The position numbers and the translations under genes are program-made. From Candidatus Poribacteria bacterium (GTDB taxonomy: Bacteria; Poribacteria; WGA-4E; WGA-3G): DNA of 64,000 nucleotides. The notes under the pieces are model-generated. The model was not told where the DNA came from. It saw nothing but the letters and a program-made list of their open reading frames with translations, and ran no database searches. The first letter of the stretch is position 1. The number at the start of each line of letters is the position of its first letter. The stretch covers positions 288,001 through 352,000 of the forward strand of contig CAXXUA010000013.1 in assembly GCA_963663765.2 (NCBI GenBank), in the 5' to 3' direction. Shown piece after piece: positions 50,308 through 58,515 of this stretch.

Positions 50308-51114
50308 ATGCTAAACCAAGTCCAAATCAACGCATTTCAAGAAAAGGGATTCCTTCTTGGAAGTTGTGTTTTGATCGATGAACAGGTTGATGAACTACGT
50401 TCAGAATTGGCACGTGTCATTGATGACTACGAAAAGGACGATATTCCGCAACCGGTACATATCGCCAACCTTGGAGGTCGAGCAGAAACACCTGTCTGGC
50501 AAATTGTGAATATCTGGGAGGCAAGTTCCGCCTATCGCAAACTGGTTCATAACCCTATCATCGTTGAAGAAATTGGACAACTCACAGCAGCAACCGAGGT
50601 GCGGGTGTGGCACGACCAAATACAATACAAACCACCAGAAATAGGTGGTGTGAATATGTGGCATCAAGATTCACCATACTGGCCAATTCTTACACCGAAA
50701 ACCAGCCAAGTAACCGCTTGGGTCGCATTGGATGATGTTGACGAAAGCAATGGATGTATGCGGATGGTACCTGGGTCATACCACTGGGGTAATCAGATTG
50801 CTTTTCTACATTCTGTCAAGGACATCCATTCTATGCCAGCTCGCTTTGAAGAAAATGAATTAGATGTTGAATTATGTCCTGTGCCAAAAGGTTATGTGCA
50901 TTTTCATCATTCCTTGACATGGCACGGTTCCCATGCCAACAGCAGTGGTCAACCGCGCCGCGCCATAGCGGTGCATTATATGACAAGTGATACCCTTTAC
51001 GATGCAAATGGAAACCATGTTATGAAACGGTTTGTTACAGTCAATGACGGTGACAAATTAGCTGGTGATAGTTTTCCGCTTGTGATGGACGCGGGAAGTC
51101 CTACCATCCCATAG
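50308..51114 (+). CDS. PhyH family protein (tandem paralogue)
   Basis: Same motifs; closely similar to the upstream gene. Confidence 0.92.
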   Translation: MLNQVQINAFQEKGFLLGSCVLIDEQVDELRSELARVIDDYEKDDIPQPVHIANLGGRAETPVWQIVNIWEASSAYRKLVHNPIIVEEIGQLTAATEVRVWHDQIQYKPPEIGGVNMWHQDSPYWPILTPKTSQVTAWVALDDVDESNGCMRMVPGSYHWGNQIAFLHSVKDIHSMPARFEENELDVELCPVPKGYVHFHHSLTWHGSHANSSGQPRRAIAVHYMTSDTLYDANGNHVMKRFVTVNDGDKLAGDSFPLVMDAGSPTIP

Positions 51115-51123
51115 GAGATATTT

Positions 51124-52758
51124 ATGAAAGTTGTTGATGCAGTCGCCAAAGTCCTAAAGACAGAGGGAGTGGAATACCTGTTTGCGTATCCAGTCAACCC
51201 GATTATTGAAGCAGCTGCAAAAGTAGACATCCGCACCGTCATTGTACGTCAAGAACGAATTGGGCTGCACATGGCAGACGGGATGAGTAGGATGACCTCC
51301 GGACAACAAATTGGCGTGTTCTGCATGCAAAGCGGACCGGGTTCAGAAAACGCATTCGGAGGTGTTGCACAAGCTTATGGGGATTCAGCACCCATACTCG
51401 TTTTACCGATGGGATATGCGCGACCATTGACCCAAATCCAACCGAACTTCAATTCGGCACTTAACTATCGGCATGTGACAAAGTCCTGCGAACAACTCAC
51501 GGTACCAGAAGCACTGCCAGAAGTGATGCGACGTGCCTTCACACAAGTCCGAAATGGCAGACCCAGACCCGCACTCGTCGAAATCCCTACTGATTTAATG
51601 TCACAAGAAGTTCCTGAACCCTTTGAACCGACACCCGTTCCACAAGTTCGATACGCTCCAAGCAGTGCAGAAATTGAATCGGTCGCAGATGCGTTAATCA
51701 ATGCTGAATGTCCTGTCATATACGCTGGACAAGGTGTCCACTACGCACAAGCATGGAATGCTTTGCAGGACCTCTCTGAACTCCTCGCAGCACCTGTCAC
51801 GACGAGTTTAGGGGGCAAAAGTGCTTTTCCAGAAAACCATCCGTTATCACTCGGATCAGGGGGTCGGTCCATTCCAAAACCGGTGCATCATTTCCTTCAA
51901 AAGACAGATCTGCTTTTTGGGATAGGATGTAGTTTCAGTAGGACACATTTTGGGATTACGATTCCTAAAGGTAAACGCGTCATCCATGCTACGTTAGACC
52001 CCGCGGACATCAACAAAGATGTTCCTGTGGATGCTGCCCTCGTCGGTGATGCGCAGTTAATTTTGGAAGGATTGGTGGAAGCCGTAAGAGACCGTATAGA
52101 TGACAAATTTGAAACAAAAAAGACTGCTGTTGTTGAAGAGATCCGCACAGTAAAAGCAGAATGGTTGGAACAGTGGAAACCAAAACTTACATCTGAGGAA
52201 GTGCCGTTAACTCCCTATCGCGTTATCTGGGATCTCCTCCATACCGTTGATGTTAAAAACACGATTATCACGCACGACGCAGGGAGTCCGCGCGACCAAC
52301 TTTCCCCATTTTGGCAATGTGAAAACCCGCTTACATACATCGGTTGGGGGAAAACGACTCAACTCGGATACGGACTCGGTCTGGCGATGGGAGCGAAACT
52401 TGCAAAACCGGACGCTCTCTGCATAAACGTCTGGGGTGACGCTGCTATCGGATTTACGGGTATGGACTTTGAAACCGCTGTACGAGAAAGAATACCGATA
52501 CTCTCTGTGCTTTTCAACAACTTCTCTATGGCAATTGAGATTCCAATTATGCCTGTTTCAACTGAAAAATACCGCAGTACAGATATCTCAGGTAACTACG
52601 CAGATATGGCTAAAGCATTCGGTGGTTATGGCGAACGCGTTGAAACTCCAGAACAGATTATACCTGCGATCAAGCGCGGTATCCAAAAAACAAATGAAGG
52701 AACGCCTGCACTATTGGAATTCATCACCGCAAAGGAAATCCAAATTTCAAAATTCTAA
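51124..52758 (+). CDS. Thiamine pyrophosphate-dependent enzyme (acetolactate synthase-like family)
   Basis: RQERIGLHMADG, GPGSEN, WGDAAIG..FNN TPP-binding motif. Confidence 0.92.
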   Translation: MKVVDAVAKVLKTEGVEYLFAYPVNPIIEAAAKVDIRTVIVRQERIGLHMADGMSRMTSGQQIGVFCMQSGPGSENAFGGVAQAYGDSAPILVLPMGYARPLTQIQPNFNSALNYRHVTKSCEQLTVPEALPEVMRRAFTQVRNGRPRPALVEIPTDLMSQEVPEPFEPTPVPQVRYAPSSAEIESVADALINAECPVIYAGQGVHYAQAWNALQDLSELLAAPVTTSLGGKSAFPENHPLSLGSGGRSIPKPVHHFLQKTDLLFGIGCSFSRTHFGITIPKGKRVIHATLDPADINKDVPVDAALVGDAQLILEGLVEAVRDRIDDKFETKKTAVVEEIRTVKAEWLEQWKPKLTSEEVPLTPYRVIWDLLHTVDVKNTIITHDAGSPRDQLSPFWQCENPLTYIGWGKTTQLGYGLGLAMGAKLAKPDALCINVWGDAAIGFTGMDFETAVRERIPILSVLFNNFSMAIEIPIMPVSTEKYRSTDISGNYADMAKAFGGYGERVETPEQIIPAIKRGIQKTNEGTPALLEFITAKEIQISKF

Positions 52759-52845
52759 CGCTGTGCATTATTTACAGAGTTGTTTGACTGTCTGTAGAAA
52801 ACAGATTAGGTCAACTAGCACAAAAATACTATAAAGGAGTTTGAA

Positions 52846-53613
52846 ATGAAATTATTTACAACTATTCTCATATTTGTTCTTATCTGCAGTGTCATCAATA
52901 CCTGGGCACTAAAAGATGACAAGGCACTTGTATTATATCTCCCTTTTGATGAGGGCAATGGCGATACGGCAATGGATGCAAGCGAAAGTAATCTGGAAGC
53001 AACCCTAAATGGCGCTACATGGTCTACAGATGGTAAAATTGATGGATGTATTCACTTGGAAACTACAGAACATTATGTAGAAATTGAAGACGTTGACGAA
53101 CTTGACATCACCGGCGAAATAACGATTCAAACATGGTTTTTCCCAAAACAATCCCAAGGTGATTCAAACCTAATGGGACGGAGAACATCAGAAAACAAAG
53201 GAGGTTATGTTCTTCAGTGGAGTGCAGAGTTTACAGGTACACCACAAATTGAAACATGGATTGACATTGCAGGATATAAAGGGACACGCAACAAACAAAC
53301 GATTAAACCTGAGTTAGAGGAATGGCATCATGTCGCTTCTACCTATGATGGTGAAAAGGTTCGTCAATATATTGATGGTGAATTAGATGTTGAAATCGAT
53401 GCACCAGCTGGAAACATCACCAGCGTTGATGCTGTCTTCCGCATCGGTAAATCCCAAACGCCTCTCGGTGGTGCAATAGGTTATGTAGACGAGGTAGCCA
53501 TCTACAACCGGGCACTCTCTGATGATGAAATCAAACAGGATATGAACCAAGGGGTGCTGTTTGATGTTACTCCTAATGGTAAACTGGCTACAACATGGGC
53601 AAAGGGTGTGTAA
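52846..53613 (+). CDS. Exported LamG domain protein; last codons replaced by the IS insertion
   Basis: LYLPFDEGNG, WHHVASTYDG, VDEVAIYNRALS, VTPNGKLATTWA|KGV*; original tail NLKLFIK* lies after the IS. Confidence 0.88.
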   Translation: MKLFTTILIFVLICSVINTWALKDDKALVLYLPFDEGNGDTAMDASESNLEATLNGATWSTDGKIDGCIHLETTEHYVEIEDVDELDITGEITIQTWFFPKQSQGDSNLMGRRTSENKGGYVLQWSAEFTGTPQIETWIDIAGYKGTRNKQTIKPELEEWHHVASTYDGEKVRQYIDGELDVEIDAPAGNITSVDAVFRIGKSQTPLGGAIGYVDEVAIYNRALSDDEIKQDMNQGVLFDVTPNGKLATTWAKGV

Positions 53614-55061
53614 AGTTTTTGTCACAAGAATGTACTGAATACAGATCTTGCTTAGTATTAGGTTAAATGGTATCCTTCTAAAAAACACTTTTTTATCAGA
53701 GAGGATACCAATGTTTAGTATATCATTAGCAAGTTGTGAAGTCGAAGAGTTTAGAGAAGATGCAATCCATTTTGTAGAAAAGATCAATAATGTTTTACAC
53801 ACCCTTAGTTCAGACAGTCTTTATGTAGACGCTATGGAGATAATAGCCTTAGAGACGATGCGTTCGTTAGGTCAAATGATGTTAGAAATGGGTGTTCTCA
53901 AACATTCCGTTGAACAAGTTTCTGGATCTGTTGAATGTCCACAATGTCAACAAGCGTGTCGTCCGTATCGTAAAAGAGAACGCCGTATTACGACGCTATG
54001 TGGTGTTATTCGTGTTGACCGTTGGGTGTATCGTTGTGCTTCGGGTCATTATCATTTTCCGTGGGATACGAAAGAAAAGTTGAAAGGTCAATACACACAT
54101 CGTGTAGCTGAAGTGATGTGTCGTATGTCTGCGCGTCTTGACTTCAGGGAGGCAGCAGAGGAGTTGTTTCGTCAAGGGATAGAAGTCAGTCATACGACCC
54201 TCAATCAAAATGTGCGTGAATGGTCAAAAGCGTTGCGGGATTCACAACAAGTGGAAACACAAAAACTTGAGGCAAATCAGCGTTGGTATGTGAGTTGTGA
54301 TGGATGCCACACCAACTCACAAGAGGGGTGGAAAGAAACCAAAGTTGGTTGTATTTATAGAGATTATCCACAACCTCCAAATAGTTCTGGTGCGACACCG
54401 AGTGCGAGAACACCAAGCATTCGTTATGTTGCGGAGCGTGAGAATGCTGCTCATTTCGGTAAAGCGTTGTATAAGTTAGCAACGCAGAGCGGCATCTATC
54501 AAGAAGATATAGGCACGCAAGAGGTCGTGTTTATCGGAGATGGAGCGGCGTGGATATGGAACTTAGCGGCTGAATACTTCCCGAATGCTGTAGAGATTGT
54601 GGATTACATGCATGCCAAATCACATCTTTATGATGTGGCTAAAGTTGCCTTTGGTGAGACAGAAACAGAAGACGTAGAAACTTGGGTCACAGAGACAGAA
54701 CCCTTTCTTTTTGATGGCAACATTCCAGAAGTTGTCTCACGTATCCGTGCTTTAGCCACACAGCACCCAGACGTTTGTGAGATTTTAGTAAGAGAAACAG
54801 GTTATTTTGAAAAACACGCGAAACGGATGCAATATAAAACGTTTAGAGATAAGGGGTATCAGGTTGGGAGTGGTGTGATTGAGAGTGCGTGTAAACATGT
54901 TGTGGGACAAAGGTGTAAACAAGCTTCTATGAGATGGGAGAAACCGGGTATTAATGCTGTTCTAAGTTGGAGATGTCTGTTGAAGAATAATGCCTGGGAC
55001 AGATATTGGTATCCAGACACAAAAGCCGCATAACACTTAGTGACAAAAACTTTACACACCC
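53604..55061 (+). mobile_element. ISKra4-like (UPF0236) IS copy 2, intact
   Basis: 22-bp TIR GGGTGTGTAAAGTTTTTGTCAC; 8-bp TSD TGGGCAAA. Confidence 0.93.
53711..55033 (+). CDS. ISKra4-like transposase
   Basis: CPQC Zn motif, SCDG, FIGDGAAWIW, VDYMHA, VGSGVIESACK; RBS GAGG. Confidence 0.9.
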   Translation: MFSISLASCEVEEFREDAIHFVEKINNVLHTLSSDSLYVDAMEIIALETMRSLGQMMLEMGVLKHSVEQVSGSVECPQCQQACRPYRKRERRITTLCGVIRVDRWVYRCASGHYHFPWDTKEKLKGQYTHRVAEVMCRMSARLDFREAAEELFRQGIEVSHTTLNQNVREWSKALRDSQQVETQKLEANQRWYVSCDGCHTNSQEGWKETKVGCIYRDYPQPPNSSGATPSARTPSIRYVAERENAAHFGKALYKLATQSGIYQEDIGTQEVVFIGDGAAWIWNLAAEYFPNAVEIVDYMHAKSHLYDVAKVAFGETETEDVETWVTETEPFLFDGNIPEVVSRIRALATQHPDVCEILVRETGYFEKHAKRMQYKTFRDKGYQVGSGVIESACKHVVGQRCKQASMRWEKPGINAVLSWRCLLKNNAWDRYWYPDTKAA

Positions 55062-55100
55062 TGGGCAAACCTTAAATTGTTTATAAAATAATAATTGAAT

Positions 55101-55736
55101 ATGAAAAACACATGTGCTATTTTCGATCTTGACGGTACACTAATACGACGTTCTTCAGAACGAGTCTTTCTCAGGCATTTGTTGAAACAAGGTGAGATTC
55201 CAATATCAAATTTGCTTGCATGGACCTCCTATTATCTAAAGGTCAGGTCTTTTGGCAAAGCAAAATCAAACAAAGTACACCTGCGTGGCTTAGAAGCAAA
55301 CCACCTTATTAACCTTGCGAGAGACTGCTTTATCAATTCACTTCGTGCAAGCATTGTTCCTCAGATATCAACACTCATACGTACCCACCGCAATGCGGGA
55401 CGTGCGGTTATCATAATGTCCGGTTCGCTGTCAATTTTGGTTGAACACTTTCACAATCACTTCGAAACAGATATTATGGTCGCAGACGAACTGGAGGTGT
55501 CAAACGGAAGATTTACTGGGAATCGTGTTGGTTTGCGACCTTACGCACAGAACAAAGCAGCATTGGCAAGAGAACTTGCAACAACACATGGATTTGATCT
55601 CAGTGCTTCTTTTGCGTATGGTAATCATCACTCAGATGTCTATAAACTGGAATTATTCGGAAATCCTGTCGCTGTAAATCCTGATCGTGAACTCCGTAGG
55701 ATAGCAATGGAAAGAAATTGGAAAATAGAATCGTAG
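55101..55736 (+). CDS. HAD-IB family hydrolase
   Basis: IFDLDGTL, MSGS, SFAYGNHHSD..VAVNPD. Confidence 0.88.
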   Translation: MKNTCAIFDLDGTLIRRSSERVFLRHLLKQGEIPISNLLAWTSYYLKVRSFGKAKSNKVHLRGLEANHLINLARDCFINSLRASIVPQISTLIRTHRNAGRAVIIMSGSLSILVEHFHNHFETDIMVADELEVSNGRFTGNRVGLRPYAQNKAALARELATTHGFDLSASFAYGNHHSDVYKLELFGNPVAVNPDRELRRIAMERNWKIES

Positions 55737-55755
55737 TCATGGATGGTGAACAGTC

Positions 55756-56502
55756 GTGCGTCTTGAAAAATATATCGCTTCCGCAGGTATAGCATCGCGG
55801 CGCGCAGTCAAGCGAGCCATTCGTGAGGGATACGCCTCTGTTAACGGCACAACAATCCGCATTCCCGGACATCCGATTGATATGGAAAACGATTGTATTC
55901 TGTTTGAAGGAAAAGTGGTTGAACCCCTCGCTGAACGAGTTTATATCATGTTGAACAAACCAGCAGGTTATATAACTACCCGGCATGACGAACGTGGACG
56001 ACCAACAGTGATGGACTTGCTAACAGAATTACCGAAATCCATCTATCCAGTAGGACGTTTAGATTTGGAGACAGAAGGTCTCCTACTATTTACCAACGAT
56101 GGTGAGTTCGCTTATCAGTTGATGCATCCCAGTCATGAGATAGATAAGACTTACATTGCTTGGGTAAATGGTGTTTTGGGTAAACCCGCACTTGAACACC
56201 TACGCAACGGAGTGGACATAACAGGGGGGAAAACAGCACCTGCAAAAATAAAACAGCTTGATGTGAAAAACGAACTTAAAAAAGTTGTTAAAAAGAAAAC
56301 GAACAAATTCGGATTAGTAGCAAAATATAGGGTAATTATACATGAAGGGAAAAAACGGCAAATTCGTCTGATGTTTAAAGCGGTGGGACACCGAGTGACA
56401 CGTTTGAAACGGATACGTATCGGCACGTTGCAATTGGGCAATCTTCCACAGGGGCAATATCGATTTCTTACCCCCGCAGAAGTTGCTGATTTACAAAATT
56501 AG
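55756..56502 (+). CDS. rluB: rRNA pseudouridine synthase, RsuA/RluB family
   Basis: S4 domain RLEKYIASAGIASRR, NKPAGY, VGRLDLETEGLLLFTNDG, HEGKKRQIR. Confidence 0.85.
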   Translation: MRLEKYIASAGIASRRAVKRAIREGYASVNGTTIRIPGHPIDMENDCILFEGKVVEPLAERVYIMLNKPAGYITTRHDERGRPTVMDLLTELPKSIYPVGRLDLETEGLLLFTNDGEFAYQLMHPSHEIDKTYIAWVNGVLGKPALEHLRNGVDITGGKTAPAKIKQLDVKNELKKVVKKKTNKFGLVAKYRVIIHEGKKRQIRLMFKAVGHRVTRLKRIRIGTLQLGNLPQGQYRFLTPAEVADLQN

Positions 56503-57638
56503 TTATCGGTTTTGCCTTCTGCAGCTAACTGCTCAAGACGTTGTAGTACAGTATTCGCTCTGAGTTTAATCTGTTCACTGGTCGTGTGATTGACTAACTT
56601 CTCAAGTACTTCTGTTGCTTTATCATATTGCTTACTGAGCATATATGTAACACCCAGAAAATATTGAGCATCTTCATATTCGTCACTCTTCGGATACATG
56701 TCAACCACTTTTTTGAAGTGCATTTCAGCGTTTTTGACAAGATTTGCATCATCAGGTTTACGTTGAAGTTGCATTGCATAAGCGAGCCCGAATTGGGTGT
56801 GTAATTTTGGCAGCAGTCCCGATTCGTTTTCAGGGTCTTTTGCCATGACCTTTTCACTGAACGTGAGTGCATCTTTTATATTTGCTTTTTTCAGGTATAC
56901 TAAAGCAAATTCAGTGTTTAACTCAACATCATCAGGCATCATCTCACTGATCTTGAGTGCTTTTTTCATTTGATCTTTGCCGAGATAGTAGATACCAAAT
57001 GCGCGGTTCAGATCAACATCATCGGGCATCTTTTCACTGATTGGCATTGCTTTATCAAGTTGTTGACGTTGCAAATAGAAAATGGCAATCTGACTGTTCA
57101 GTTTCGGATCGTCAGGCATCTTCTTTAATTTCGTCAATACTTCTTGGAATGCTTTCTCTTTTTTCAGAACATCTTCCATTTCCGGCAAGAATAGATCTGG
57201 TGGTTTGTAACCAGAGACATTCTTGATAACACCACCATCGGGGGCGATGAATAGGATTGCGGGAAACCCCTTAACACCGTATTTTTTCTGCGCTTCAGCA
57301 TTTTCGGGGTGTTCTTTAAGTTCGGGATTAACCTTTACGGGAACGAAGTTCTCTGCGATAGTAACTATACGTTCATCGGTGAATGTGTCGGCGTCCAGCC
57401 GCTTACACCATCCTCACCACTCCGTGTAGAAGTCCATCATAATCGGTTTACCCGTTTCAACGGACATTTTGGTTGCTTCCTCAATAGACATGCCCCATAC
57501 GACTTGTTTGACTTCAGTTGCGTCTTGTTTGGCTTCCCCTTCACCTTCTGCAAAGACAGGCATTGATACCGTCAGTAACAAAAGAACGCAGAAACCTGCC
57601 AGACAGGGAACGTATCGGTGAAAAACAGAATTAATCAT
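56499..57638 (-). CDS. Exported thioredoxin-like (UxxC) + TPR selenoprotein; in-frame UGA at 57414-57416
   Basis: ORFs 57414-57638 and 56499-57188 are one frame: KPIMMDFYTEW-UGA-GWCKRLDADTF...FVPVKVNP...YGVKGFPAILF...TPRs; 379 aa. Confidence 0.88.
57381..57413 (-). promoter_or_regulatory. Putative bacterial SECIS element
   Basis: Immediately 3' of the UGA: GGAUGGUGU-AAG-CGGC-UGGAC-GCCG-ACACAUUC; apical loop begins 16 nt after the UGA with G at loop position 2. Confidence 0.72.
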
Positions 57639-57790
57639 TAATTCTCTCCTTATTTTTACTTATGCGATCAATTAGGTACGAACCTAAATTTTTGTGTTAA
57701 GCAGAAACTCCACAAAACAGCGAAATCGCTTTATTAGTTGACAACATAATATCACATTTAAAATAGTCTGTCCAGAACAAATTTTATTTT

Positions 57791-58302
57791 GGGTGTGTAA
57801 AGTTTTTGCACAGAGGTACAAACTTTTGTTCTCTTTATTCCCGTAGGGACGCAATGTTTATAGATAGGTGTAATCACCCTCTCTTGAGTTCCGTAGGAAC
57901 GACATAGAAGAATAAACATATCGTCCCTACGGGACTAAAGAACTGGGAAGGGTACTTGTTTTCTATAAACATTTCGTCCCTACGGGACTGAAGAGTATGG
58001 TTGATATTAACAATATTTCCTTATATTGACACCTATGGGTCTCTGTGCCCGCAATCTCTCATTTAATCAGTTGCGGCGGGGCACAGAGACCCTATAGGTG
58101 TCAACTTAAGGATTTAACCTCTTGTGGGAGGGGTTTTCAACCCCGATTTTTTAGTGCATTTCCGCTCAAATCGGGGTTGAAAACCCCTCCCACAAGAGAA
58201 AATGCAAACAATATTTTCTTAAGTTGACACCTATACGGCGGGGCACAGAGACCCCGCTCTACAATGGAGAATGTGCAGTTTGTGCAAAAACTTTACACAC
58301 CC
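57791..58302. mobile_element. MITE using ISKra4-like ends, filled with other repeats
   Basis: TIR GGGTGTGTAAAGTTTTTGCACA on both ends; 9-bp TSD TTTTATTTT; contains a family C cluster, GGGTCTCTGTGCCC hairpins and a family E MITE. Confidence 0.9.
58097..58231. mobile_element. MITE family E copy
   Basis: TA|GGTGTCAACTTAAG...CTTAAGTTGACACC|TA, nearly identical to 15668-15803. Confidence 0.85.
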
Positions 58303-58515
58303 TTTTATTTTCATGTATGTACTTAAAAAAATTGATGGTATATAACCTATTTTCCTGACGGTAGATGTGGTTTCTCAATAAATACGAGACGCGTATCATT
58401 AGATTGAAATCATAAAATCTGGTAATAAGTTTGAATTACACCGTATCTTATTAAAGGTTGCATTTGCGAAAAACATGTATGTGAACATGACAAACGTATT
58501 GTGTTTAGATTGCGT

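Noticed and set aside
49425-51114. Diversity-generating retroelement template/variable repeat pair
   Set aside because: The differences are not adenine-specific and no reverse transcriptase is present; this is an ordinary tandem duplication.
57414-57638. Stand-alone 74-aa protein or nonsense pseudogene
   Set aside because: The TGA sits at the catalytic Cys position with a SECIS-like hairpin and an intact downstream frame, so Sec read-through is the better explanation.
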